Below are positions 21,116 to 29,661 of a stretch of DNA of 64,000 nt, piece after piece (the stretch's first letter is position 1; the number at the start of each line of letters is the position of its first letter). The notes below the pieces were generated by a model that saw only the letters and a list, made by a program, of their open reading frames with translations, was not told the DNA's origin and made no database searches. The stretch is from a virus. Both the position numbers and the translations under genes were made by a program. Location of the stretch: the IMG/VR virus record IMGVR_UViG_3300031957_002603, positions 67,466-131,465 of that record. One strand, 5' to 3'.

Positions 21116-22291
21116 ATGTCATTTTATAAATTTACAGAAGATGACTTATTTACAAATACAATAGAAGCATACCCCGAGTATTCTTTCTACATCGTTAGTA
21201 GTTCGGTTTATATAAACAATATTCCAAATGCATCTGGTGCCCTGACTGACAATATCTTCGGAGTACCAGATGGTTTCCTATCGCTGTATGAATATAACAT
21301 CGACAGACCCTCGACTTATATCTATCCATTTCTCTACAAAGATGGATTAAAGAATATATTCAAATCGTATAATACCGGCTCGTACAATATCGCAGATTAT
21401 GGAACCGTAATCACCTCGAGTTATCGCTTGTCTTCATCAATCTCAAGATATTATTATGATTCCACCGGTGTCACAGGTTCATCAAGAACTTATTTATTTC
21501 CCTTAAAGAACACAATGAATCATTATACATATCTCTCTCCAAGATATGCGTATTCGGCTTCTTTTGGAGACAAAGATAGTGATAGTGTAAATTTAATAAA
21601 TATTCCTTCAATTTTTTATGGCTCGTCAATTAAAAAAGGATCTGTGTCTTTGAAATATTATATATCTGGTTCTCTTGTGGCAGAGTTGGTTGATAAGAAT
21701 TTCAATGGCGATTTAATTCAAGTTTCAAGTTCAACTGACGCAAACGGTGAAGGAAGGGTTGCTGGAACTGTATTGTACAATGAGGGCTTCATTATCTTGA
21801 CTGGATCATGGAATCTTAATCAACATTTTCCAATCGGCTTCAATGGTGGCTCTCGCTCTCACAGATGGCTTAATTTTGCTGTAGGCGCTAATGATGGCGC
21901 TGTTGGTATTTATGCTAGTGCTTTTCCTTATACTTCTTTCGCAATCGATTATCAAGGTACAACTCACACACAAACATTAACAATGTTCGCTCATGCGAAG
22001 CAAGGCCATTTAAATTATTCAAATAATCCGACTTATCTCAAATACAATGAGCCGAACTACAAGAATGCTTCAACAGGATCCTCGGTCTACGGTGAGCGGC
22101 CTGTGCCGTTGCATAATAATGTTGATTCGTCGTTCACAGATGTCGCTCCAGATTTTGAAAAAGTTACTTATATCTCGAAGGTTGGTATCTATGATGAAAA
22201 TAAAAATCTCATCGGTATTGCCAAGGTCGCTGTTCCAATTAAGAAGACAATAAAAAATAACTATACTTTCAAGTTAAAACTTGACATTTAG
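21116..22291 (+). CDS. Baseplate/tail protein, paralog of 19970 ORF
   Basis: Shared IKKGS/VKKGT, NYSxNPTY and YISKVGIYDENKNLIGIAKVAVPIKK motifs. Confidence 0.55.
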   Translation: MSFYKFTEDDLFTNTIEAYPEYSFYIVSSSVYINNIPNASGALTDNIFGVPDGFLSLYEYNIDRPSTYIYPFLYKDGLKNIFKSYNTGSYNIADYGTVITSSYRLSSSISRYYYDSTGVTGSSRTYLFPLKNTMNHYTYLSPRYAYSASFGDKDSDSVNLINIPSIFYGSSIKKGSVSLKYYISGSLVAELVDKNFNGDLIQVSSSTDANGEGRVAGTVLYNEGFIILTGSWNLNQHFPIGFNGGSRSHRWLNFAVGANDGAVGIYASAFPYTSFAIDYQGTTHTQTLTMFAHAKQGHLNYSNNPTYLKYNEPNYKNASTGSSVYGERPVPLHNNVDSSFTDVAPDFEKVTYISKVGIYDENKNLIGIAKVAVPIKKTIKNNYTFKLKLDI

Positions 22292-22309
22292 CAAATTATA
22301 TGTTATAAT
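22281..22309 (+). promoter_or_regulatory. Sigma70-type promoter (consensus, extended -10)
   Basis: TTGACA (22281-86), 17 bp, TATAAT (22304-09) preceded by TGn. Confidence 0.85.
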
Positions 22310-22316
22310 ATATATT

Positions 22317-22868
22317 ATGGAATTACAACGAGTTATTTTTGGTATTGACGTCAGTACCTCGCGGATCGGCATCTCCGCTGTAACAACAGATGAGAAATTG
22401 GTGTTTGCGGACACCATCACATATAAAAGAAAAGATCTATCGCTTGAAGACAAAGCACACATCTTTGAGAACACTCTCGGCAAGATCATGCAGGTTGAAC
22501 GACTTCACCCTCTTGCTGTGTTTGTTGAGGAACCCTTCACGGCATTTGCCGGAGGCAAGACAACCGCTAATACAATGGCGAAACTCCAGAGGTTCAACGG
22601 CATGTGCTGCTATGCTATTCACAAAAGCATCTTCAATCTTTCAGCCCAGTTGCTCCCAGCACGAATCTGTCGCTCTCTCAACGAGATCAAGATTCCCCGA
22701 GGATCCAATACAAAGAAATTAATTATTGATTGGGTCTCCGCAAAATACCCAAAAGACTTCACATACGAGTTGACGAGACACGGCAATCCAAAGCCGGGCA
22801 CGGATGATAAGGCGGATGCTGTTGTTGTTGCTTTAGCAGGGTTAAAGAAGTATAAAAGCACTATTTAA
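22317..22868 (+). CDS. RuvC-like Holliday junction resolvase (probably leaderless)
   Basis: IFGIDVSTSRIG, VFVEEP and DDKADA carry the RNase H-fold acidic catalytic residues. The track's TTG start at 22281 is the -35 box; the ATG is at 22317. Confidence 0.75.
   Translation: MELQRVIFGIDVSTSRIGISAVTTDEKLVFADTITYKRKDLSLEDKAHIFENTLGKIMQVERLHPLAVFVEEPFTAFAGGKTTANTMAKLQRFNGMCCYAIHKSIFNLSAQLLPARICRSLNEIKIPRGSNTKKLIIDWVSAKYPKDFTYELTRHGNPKPGTDDKADAVVVALAGLKKYKSTI
22860..22867 (+). promoter_or_regulatory. Putative late promoter ACTATTTA
   Basis: 41 nt before ATG 22901. Confidence 0.6.
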
Positions 22869-22900
22869 TAACAGATGATTCATTTTGAGGAGATAAAAAA

Positions 22901-23230
22901 ATGAAACTTACAACTGCTAAATTACGACAGATGATCAAAGAAGAGTTGGAAGCCACTCTCAACGAAAAGAGAAACACTTATCCAACCGCAAACTGGAAGC
23001 AAGAAGCCCTTGCGGCAATTGAAGACGAAGGTATGAGACCTTCTGCCGGTTTGAAAAGACACATCGCCAAGATGCCTAAGAAACTTGACTTGCGAGATAT
23101 GTCCGCTTTGGAAGATTGGTTTGGCAAATACAAAGAATTGCGAGGCAAAATCAAAGGCCACGGCACCGTTGGAAGTTTTGACGACCTTGTCGCAGACATC
23201 AAATCAGCATCAGGTTATAATCCCGGATAA
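22901..23230 (+). CDS. Small protein with MKLTTAKLRQMIKEE leader (putative internal head protein)
   Basis: GAGGAG RBS, ACTATTTA at 22860, leader shared with the 31102 and 37335 ORFs. Confidence 0.6.
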   Translation: MKLTTAKLRQMIKEELEATLNEKRNTYPTANWKQEALAAIEDEGMRPSAGLKRHIAKMPKKLDLRDMSALEDWFGKYKELRGKIKGHGTVGSFDDLVADIKSASGYNPG

Positions 23231-23239
23231 ACTTTTTTC

Positions 23240-23268
23240 TTGACAAATCATTTGTGCTGTGTTATCTT
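23240..23268 (+). promoter_or_regulatory. Sigma70-type promoter
   Basis: TTGACA (23240-45), 17 bp, TATCTT (23263-68) preceded by TGn. Confidence 0.7.
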
Positions 23269-23287
23269 ATATACATCGAGGCACAAC

Positions 23288-24223
23288 ATGAACGAAAAAA
23301 TCAAAATCATCAACAACATTCTGGGCTCTGCCCGCAGAGTCAAAGACGAGCATCTTTACCACTGCCCTTTCTGTAAACACCACAAGAAGAAAATGTCGGT
23401 GAACTTCGCAAAGAATTATTTCAAATGCTGGGTATGTGATGCGAGAGGTAAGAACATTTACCGAATCGTCCGTCGCTTTGGAACCTACGATCAACGACAA
23501 AAGTGGCTCCAACTTGACGGACGACTTGATCTCTCCGAGTTTGATAAGTTCTTCGCCGAGATCAACGAGAAAGAAATAAAGCAAACAATCTCTCTTCCCG
23601 ATGAGTTTGTTTCGCTTTGTAATAAGAATCTTCCAATGTCCTCAGCCAAAGCGCTTGAGTATCTTAGATCCCGAGGAATAACAAAAAAAGAAATCCTTGA
23701 TTGGAAGATTGGCTATGCCACAGGAGGCAAGTATGGTGGCCGCATCATTATCCCAAGTTTTAATTGGGATGGTAATTCTAATTACTTTATTGCTCGCTCT
23801 TTTGTGGGTCATCAAAGACGATATCTAAATCCTCCCGTTGGAAGAGATGTTGTCTTTAATGAACTATTTATTGACTGGGATGAAGACATTAACATTGTCG
23901 AGGGTGTCTTCGATGCGATTGTCGCAGGTCCCAACAGCATACCAATCTTGGGGTCAACTTTGCGAGAAAACTCCCGCTTATTTCAACAAATTGTAATGAA
24001 TGATACTCCGGTCTATCTTGCCTTAGATAAAGATGCGGAGACCAAAAGGAACTGGATTATCAAGTCCTTTTTGAGGTACGACATTGAATTATACGTTGTT
24101 GATACATCGGGATGTGAAGACATTGGCTCAATGTCTCAAGAAGAGTTCATTCTTCGCAAATCCCAAGCAAGACCAGCAGATTTGGATGAGATTTTAATTT
24201 TCGACAAATTGAAGGCGATATGA
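23288..24223 (+). CDS. dnaG: DNA primase (Zn finger + TOPRIM)
   Basis: CPFC...CWVC zinc finger, YLRSRGI, GRIIIP, RYLNP, VEGVFD and LALDKD motifs. ATG 23288 with GAGG RBS. Confidence 0.88.
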   Translation: MNEKIKIINNILGSARRVKDEHLYHCPFCKHHKKKMSVNFAKNYFKCWVCDARGKNIYRIVRRFGTYDQRQKWLQLDGRLDLSEFDKFFAEINEKEIKQTISLPDEFVSLCNKNLPMSSAKALEYLRSRGITKKEILDWKIGYATGGKYGGRIIIPSFNWDGNSNYFIARSFVGHQRRYLNPPVGRDVVFNELFIDWDEDINIVEGVFDAIVAGPNSIPILGSTLRENSRLFQQIVMNDTPVYLALDKDAETKRNWIIKSFLRYDIELYVVDTSGCEDIGSMSQEEFILRKSQARPADLDEILIFDKLKAI

Positions 24224-24423
24224 AATTAGAACTAGGCGATTTGGTTCAACTTAATCAACAACGAGCATTAGGCAAATGGTATCTCCCAGAACTCCCCATC
24301 GAAGGAATGGGAGTTGTTGTTGACATACATGGTTTGCAGATTTGGGTTTACTGGATCAGAAAAGGTCGGATAACTCAACTACCAAGAAATTTATTAATCA
24401 AAATACTTGACAAGAATGACTAA
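24220..24423 (+). CDS. Small SH3/KOW-like hypothetical protein
   Basis: LELGDLVQ...GMGVVVDI...IWVYW pattern; ATGA overlap with the primase. Confidence 0.5.
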   Translation: MKLELGDLVQLNQQRALGKWYLPELPIEGMGVVVDIHGLQIWVYWIRKGRITQLPRNLLIKILDKND

Positions 24424-24435
24424 ACAAGTTATATT
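24407..24435 (+). promoter_or_regulatory. Sigma70-type promoter for lipoprotein cluster
   Basis: TTGACA (24407-12), 17 bp, TATATT (24430-35). Confidence 0.7.
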
Positions 24436-24465
24436 GTATACACTCAAAAACAAAAAGGAGACGTT

Positions 24466-24642
24466 ATGAGTATTATGTTATTTAGCATGCTTTGGGCATG
24501 TTCAGGAAAATCTGAAGAAGATTCTGCTGTTGAAGCACAGCCCGCCTCAGAGCCCGCTGAAGAACCAGCAGATTCAGGATCTGAACCAGAAGACACGGCC
24601 AGTGAGCCGGAAGATACAGCAGAAGATTCAGGAGGTGAATAA
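24466..24642 (+). CDS. Small acidic lipoprotein (58 aa; not in ORF track)
   Basis: AAGGAG RBS; MSIMLFSMLWA-C-SGKSEEDSAVEAQPASEPAEEPADSGSEPEDTASEPEDTAEDSGGE; lipobox LWAC. Confidence 0.75.
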   Translation: MSIMLFSMLWACSGKSEEDSAVEAQPASEPAEEPADSGSEPEDTASEPEDTAEDSGGE

Positions 24643-24854
24643 TGAATATGCTACTATCATTTCTAATTGCTTGTGGTGGCGACACCGCAGAAACGACCGA
24701 GGTTGTAAATACCACGGCAACGGTAACCGAAGATGGTGTTGAGGTAGTCGAAACGACGACGACCGAAAATACCACAACGGAAGAAGTCACGACGGATAAT
24801 ACGACGACTACCGAGACAACTGAAAATACAGAAACTACGAACGGAAACGAGTAG
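24642..24854 (+). CDS. Small Thr/Glu-rich lipoprotein
   Basis: GGAGG RBS, TAATG coupling, MNMLLSFLIA-C-GGDTAETT..., lipobox LIAC. Confidence 0.75.
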   Translation: MNMLLSFLIACGGDTAETTEVVNTTATVTEDGVEVVETTTTENTTTEEVTTDNTTTTETTENTETTNGNE

Positions 24855-24865
24855 TTCATAGGGTT

Positions 24866-24896
24866 AGCGGCTCCCTCCAAAAGCCGCTTTTCTTTT
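24866..24896 (+). terminator. Intrinsic terminator
   Basis: AGCGGCT-loop-AGCCGCT followed by TTTCTTTT. Confidence 0.6.
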
Positions 24897-24907
24897 ATGG
24901 AGGACGA

Positions 24908-25066
24908 ATGATTTTATTTTTACTTTTTGCTTGTCAGGAGCCTGATTGCGGTGAAGATGAGGCACAACCAGCAAGACAATGGAATGTCCCACAAATGCAT
25001 TCCACCGGCGGTTCTTTCGAGACCGGCGAACCACTAGACACTGCTTACGATACCGGAGGTGAATAA
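24908..25066 (+). CDS. Small acidic lipoprotein (52 aa; not in ORF track)
   Basis: GGAGG RBS; MILFLLFA-C-QEPDCGEDEAQPARQWNVPQMHSTGGSFETGEPLDTAYDTGGE; lipobox LFAC. Confidence 0.7.
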   Translation: MILFLLFACQEPDCGEDEAQPARQWNVPQMHSTGGSFETGEPLDTAYDTGGE

Positions 25067-25383
25067 TGGATTATATAGCAGATGGCGATTTCGCCAACAA
25101 GACGAGCCAAGGAATTGTGCTCGTTGATTTTTATGCGACATGGTGTATGCCATGCTTGAGAATGGAGAAGCAAGTTGAAGATTTTGCTTCAAGTAACTCA
25201 AACGTATCGGTTTACAAATATGATGTTGACCGAGGAGTTCAAATTTGGAATGAGGTCAAAAAGAAACACAATGTTCGATCTATTCCTTTTGTTGTAATTT
25301 ACAAAGACGGAGAACCGGTAGCAGCCGAGGTTGGTTACAAATCTTCTGAAGAATTACAAAAAATACTTGACAACATTACCTAA
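25066..25383 (+). CDS. trxA: Thioredoxin
   Basis: VLVDFYATWCMPC active site, cis-Pro motif VRSIP, KDG. Confidence 0.9.
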   Translation: MDYIADGDFANKTSQGIVLVDFYATWCMPCLRMEKQVEDFASSNSNVSVYKYDVDRGVQIWNEVKKKHNVRSIPFVVIYKDGEPVAAEVGYKSSEELQKILDNIT

Positions 25384-25395
25384 ACGTGATACAAT
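25367..25395 (+). promoter_or_regulatory. Sigma70-type promoter
   Basis: TTGACA (25367-72), 17 bp, TACAAT (25390-95) preceded by TGn. Confidence 0.75.
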
Positions 25396-25413
25396 AATAC
25401 AAAAGGAGGGCTT

Positions 25414-28400
25414 ATGCTCATTGCACACATTTCAGACACACACATTAGAAACCTTAAATATCACTACGAATACCGTCAGGCGTTCGAAGATCTTTACGAT
25501 AAGTTGCGAGACCAACGTCCGGACATTATTGTTCACACAGGCGACATCGCACACACCAAGACTCAACTGTCACCAGAATACTTTGAGTTGACTTCAGAGT
25601 TTCTCAATACGTTGGCCAACATTGCTCCGCTCTATGTTATCTTAGGCAACCATGACGGTAATCTTAAGAACTCTGAGCGACAAGATGCAATTACGCCAAT
25701 CGTTGAGGCTCTTCAGAATAACAACATTCATCTTCTCAAAGACTCGGGCGAAGTCGAAGTAAACGATGAGGTAACACTAAATGTTCTCTCGGTGTTTGAC
25801 CGAGATAATTGGAAAGAGCCCTCCGACCCTTCGAAGATAAATGTTGCTCTTTATCACGGCTCAATCTCCGGTTGTGAGACGGGCCAAGGCTTTACGATTC
25901 AGCAAGGCGATGATACGGCCTCAATTTTCAAGGGCTTTGACTTTGCTATGCTTGGGGACATCCATAAGCGACAGCAAATGGATACCGAGGGACGTGTTTT
26001 TTACGCAGGGAGCACTATCCAGCAGAATTTCGGAGAATCTCTCCGCAAAGGCTATTTGCTTTGGAATATTCACTCAAAAGACGATTGGGCAGTTGAGTTC
26101 CATGCCTTACGTAACCCTCGCCCCTTTATATCAATCTATCTTGATCGCAATGGGGACTTGCCAGAGACTCACGTTCCTCGCAATGCTTACCTTCGCATTG
26201 TCTCGCAGTACGACCTTCCGCTTACCAAGTTGCGCCAAGCAGTTGACGCAGCAGAGGTAAAGTGGCGTCCTTACTCAACGACCTATGTCAACAAAGGAAC
26301 CAAAGGATCACGCTCTGCTAAAAGCATGATTGCTGATGGCCGCTTTGATAATCTCCGAGACATCAAGGTTCAAGAAGAACTAATTCAAGAATATCTTGTC
26401 GGCAAAGAACTAGACGACGGTGTTATGGAGAAGATTCTCGAACACAACCGTGTCTACAATCGTAAAGCCGAGGAACAAGAAGAAGTTTCCAGAAATGTTA
26501 TTTGGTCTATTAAAGAGATGCAATGGGACAATCTCTTCAATTACGGAGAGAAAAACCGCCTAAACTTTGAGAACCTCAACGGTATTGTAGGTATCTTTGG
26601 CAAAAACTATTCAGGGAAGTCATCAATTATCGACTCGGCTCTCTACACCATATTCAATACGACCTCGAAAGGTGAGCGTAAAAATATTCACATTCTTAAC
26701 CAGAATAAGAACAAAGCGCTCGGCCGTATTGACATTCAAATCGGTGAGAATACTTACCGGATTACCCGCAATCTGGACAAAAATGTATCGTCCTCCGGTA
26801 ATGTGACTGCTAAGGTTGACTTGGACTTTGCTGTCTTTGATGGAAAAGACTGGCAGTCGCTTAACGGGACAACCAGAAATCAAACTGATGCAAACATCCG
26901 CAAGCACTTTGGAACGATCGAGGACTTTCTTTTGACCTCGATGGCTTCTCAGATGGACTCTCTGTCCTTTGTGAAAGAGGGCTCAACCAAGCGGAAAGAG
27001 ATTCTTGCTAAGTTTCTTGACCTCGATTTATTCGATTCCAAGTTCAAACTTGCGAAGAAAGACCTCGCAGAGCAAAAGTCTGTGATCAAGCATCTCCGTT
27101 CAATGAATTGGGATCTTGAGATTGCAAAGAAGAAAGATATTCTTGACGACATTGAGATTGACATCAAAGAGAACACAACTCGGTGTCAAGAAATTGAAAT
27201 TGAACTTAAAGGAATCACAGCACAACTTGCTGAGATCAATGAATCAATTGACGCAATTCCTGCTGAGATTATTGACATTGACTCGATAAACAAGTCCATC
27301 AAGCAAAAGCGAGAATCAACAAGGTCGCTAACCTCCAAAAATCGCTTGTTAGAGTCCAAAATTGACGTTAATAAGCAAACTTTTGAGAAGGTCGCTGCCT
27401 TCATTGAGTCATTCGACCTTAATGTCCTAACGGAACAAAAAGAAGAGCATAATCGGCTTCTATCTCTCAAATCTTCAAATTGTGACGGTGTTCGTACACT
27501 ATCCACCACAATTTCAAACGAGAAGAAGAAAATCAAACTGCTTGACGGCATTCCATGTGGTGATTCATTCCCAAGTTGTAAATTCATTGCCGATGCTGTG
27601 ATTGCTCGCAATGGCTTGGAGTCTCTCAACGAGCGAATGACAAATCTTCAGTTGACGGTCGACAACATTGAAGCGCAGATCACCGATCTAAACATCGAGG
27701 ACATTGAAGATAAAATAAAATCTTTCAATCAAATCGTTACCGACCGTGATGATCTTGCTTCTAAGATTGAGCGAGACAACTATGTTTTGGAGAACAACAG
27801 AAAGCAAATTCAACTGAACGATGCCATGCTCGAAACTCTTCTGGCAACTCAGGCTGTCTATGAAGAGAACAGAGAGGCAATTGAGAACAAAGAACTGTTT
27901 ATATCAAAACGAGATAAATATGCTCAAGCACAAGCCCGTCTTCAGCGAGAGCAGAAGAAATGCGAATCAATGCTCCAAGAGTATTATATCGAAAAAGGCT
28001 CCACTCAACAAGCCATCGCTGGTTACGAGGATCAAAAGCGACAGTTAGAAGAAAAAGAACGTGAGTTTATTGCACACGATTTGTTCTTGCAATGCATGCA
28101 TCCCAATGGCATAGCCTACAATGTTATTCGTCAAATGTTGCCGATTATTAACGAAGAAATAGCCAAAGTGCTTACATCTATTGTTGACTTCGAGGTGTTC
28201 TTTGTAGATAACGGAAAGTCGCTAGATATCATGCTCAAACATCCAAAGTATGATGCGCGACCTTTGTCTATGGGCTCGGGTGCCGAGAAGACTCTTTCTG
28301 CGATGGCGATACGTTTGGCTTTGATTTCAATAACCAATTTGCCCAAAAGCGAACTATTTATATTAGACGAACCTGCTACTGCTTTGGATCAAGAGCACAT

Positions 28401-28545
28401 GGATGGATTTGTCAAGATGCTCGAGATGATTAAATCTCAATTCAAGACTGTCTTGCTTATCTCGCACCTTGATTCTCTTAAAGATTGTGCTGATTTAACG
28501 ATCGATATCCAAAAGCAAAATGGTTACGCGAGGGTAAATTTATGA
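25414..28545 (+). CDS. Fused SbcD/Mre11 nuclease - SbcC/Rad50 ATPase (T4 gp47-gp46-like)
   Basis: Metallophosphoesterase motifs SDTH, TGD, GNHD, YHG and GDIH. Walker A GKNYSGKSS, coiled coil with CGDSFPSC hook, signature SMGSGAE, Walker B FILDEP, ISH. Confidence 0.92.
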   Translation: MLIAHISDTHIRNLKYHYEYRQAFEDLYDKLRDQRPDIIVHTGDIAHTKTQLSPEYFELTSEFLNTLANIAPLYVILGNHDGNLKNSERQDAITPIVEALQNNNIHLLKDSGEVEVNDEVTLNVLSVFDRDNWKEPSDPSKINVALYHGSISGCETGQGFTIQQGDDTASIFKGFDFAMLGDIHKRQQMDTEGRVFYAGSTIQQNFGESLRKGYLLWNIHSKDDWAVEFHALRNPRPFISIYLDRNGDLPETHVPRNAYLRIVSQYDLPLTKLRQAVDAAEVKWRPYSTTYVNKGTKGSRSAKSMIADGRFDNLRDIKVQEELIQEYLVGKELDDGVMEKILEHNRVYNRKAEEQEEVSRNVIWSIKEMQWDNLFNYGEKNRLNFENLNGIVGIFGKNYSGKSSIIDSALYTIFNTTSKGERKNIHILNQNKNKALGRIDIQIGENTYRITRNLDKNVSSSGNVTAKVDLDFAVFDGKDWQSLNGTTRNQTDANIRKHFGTIEDFLLTSMASQMDSLSFVKEGSTKRKEILAKFLDLDLFDSKFKLAKKDLAEQKSVIKHLRSMNWDLEIAKKKDILDDIEIDIKENTTRCQEIEIELKGITAQLAEINESIDAIPAEIIDIDSINKSIKQKRESTRSLTSKNRLLESKIDVNKQTFEKVAAFIESFDLNVLTEQKEEHNRLLSLKSSNCDGVRTLSTTISNEKKKIKLLDGIPCGDSFPSCKFIADAVIARNGLESLNERMTNLQLTVDNIEAQITDLNIEDIEDKIKSFNQIVTDRDDLASKIERDNYVLENNRKQIQLNDAMLETLLATQAVYEENREAIENKELFISKRDKYAQAQARLQREQKKCESMLQEYYIEKGSTQQAIAGYEDQKRQLEEKEREFIAHDLFLQCMHPNGIAYNVIRQMLPIINEEIAKVLTSIVDFEVFFVDNGKSLDIMLKHPKYDARPLSMGSGAEKTLSAMAIRLALISITNLPKSELFILDEPATALDQEHMDGFVKMLEMIKSQFKTVLLISHLDSLKDCADLTIDIQKQNGYARVNL

Positions 28546-28862
28546 CAATCAAAGACCAAGCCGAAGATATTATCGAAGGCATCAAAGAAAAGTTCGAATG
28601 CGATGAGCATGAGGACTGCGATGGAATCCATTTGGACGACAAGATCGCCGATAAAGTAAAAGAATTTGCAAAGGCCGAAGGCTCTATCCTTGATAAGGTT
28701 CTTGGCAAAGTTGTTTCACGAAAACTTCTTGTTTTCGCAACAGCAACCGTTCTTCTTGCACAATACGGACTTGACCCTGATACTTGGGGCATGATCGCTA
28801 TTGTATATATTGGCGGACAATCTGTTATTGATGCTGCTAAGACTTGGAGACATGGCGGATAA
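28542..28862 (+). CDS. Putative holin
   Basis: SRKLLVFATATVLL and WGMIAIVYIGGQ form two short hydrophobic helices after an acidic N-terminus; first gene of a membrane-protein trio. Confidence 0.5.
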   Translation: MTIKDQAEDIIEGIKEKFECDEHEDCDGIHLDDKIADKVKEFAKAEGSILDKVLGKVVSRKLLVFATATVLLAQYGLDPDTWGMIAIVYIGGQSVIDAAKTWRHGG

Positions 28863-29260
28863 TGAATCTGCTTAAAGCCAAAAAGTACTGGGAACTTTCA
28901 GCGTCCTTCCTGAGAAATCATTGGAGGGCCGTTGTTGTTCTCGGTGCTATGGCTATTTGTTATTTCTACGGAAAGAACGTACAAAAGAAACTTAAATTAG
29001 ATCACGACATGGCGAAAGCCCAATGGCGTAAAGAGAGAGACCAAATTGAAAACTCATATCAGAACGAAATCGAGAAACGGGAAAAGTCTCGTAAGGCCTA
29101 TGAGGTCGCTATTAAAATGGCGGAAGAGAAGAAGGCCAAATCAACGACCGCTTTAGAAAAGCAAAAGGTCGAGGACACAAAAAAACTAATCAAAGCATCA
29201 AAGAATGATCCGGAGAAGTTAGATGAAATTCTAAAAGATCTCGGAATAGAGGAAGTATGA
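28862..29260 (+). CDS. Putative inner-membrane spanin-like protein
   Basis: N-terminal TM (AVVVLGAMAICYFYG) followed by a charged coiled coil; likely ATG at 28862 (TAATG). Confidence 0.45.
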   Translation: MNLLKAKKYWELSASFLRNHWRAVVVLGAMAICYFYGKNVQKKLKLDHDMAKAQWRKERDQIENSYQNEIEKREKSRKAYEVAIKMAEEKKAKSTTALEKQKVEDTKKLIKASKNDPEKLDEILKDLGIEEV

Positions 29261-29661
29261 TACTAATGCTATTAGCCTCCATAGCATATGGCGAGGCACA
29301 ATTTACAAATTTAAAAGTCGGTGAGCCGGCACCATTCAACGGAAGATTATTAAACGACGAAGCACTCGCAACTCTTGTTGTGAATCAAGAATCCATCGAA
29401 GAAGCATGTCAAATCGAAGTTGACTATGAATTAGAGAAAGCACAGGCTAAATGGAACTATGACTTCGAACTTATGAAGATAGGCCTTGAGGGCAAACTCG
29501 AAAGATCCGAGGCCCGTATTGAGACCCAACAACAAGAATTAGATTATCTTCGGGCTCATGTTAAACCAAACAGAACATTTTTATGGATTTCTACAGGATT
29601 TTTAGTAGGAACAGGCACTTCACTTGCTATTTATAGTATTGTGGAGAGCCAGCATGATTAA
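29257..29661 (+). CDS. Secreted coiled-coil protein with C-terminal TM (spanin partner-like)
   Basis: Short signal peptide MILMLLASIAYG, GEPAPFNGRLL, coiled coil, C-terminal FLWISTGFLVGTGTSLAIY. Confidence 0.4.
   Translation: MILMLLASIAYGEAQFTNLKVGEPAPFNGRLLNDEALATLVVNQESIEEACQIEVDYELEKAQAKWNYDFELMKIGLEGKLERSEARIETQQQELDYLRAHVKPNRTFLWISTGFLVGTGTSLAIYSIVESQHD

Noticed and set aside
22281-23287. TTG starts at 22281 and 23240 given by the ORF track
   Set aside because: These TTGs are the TTGACA -35 boxes; in-frame ATGs at 22317 and 23288 fit the protein families.
23863-23870. ACTATTTA inside the primase gene (also ACTAATTA at 7861)
   Set aside because: Far from a start codon and explicable by coding (ELF/LI codons); not called as promoters.
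24482-24880. Minus-strand hydrophobic 132-aa ORF and the 24530-24742 ORF
   Set aside because: They are shadows of the low-complexity lipoprotein genes, which have RBSs and lipoboxes.
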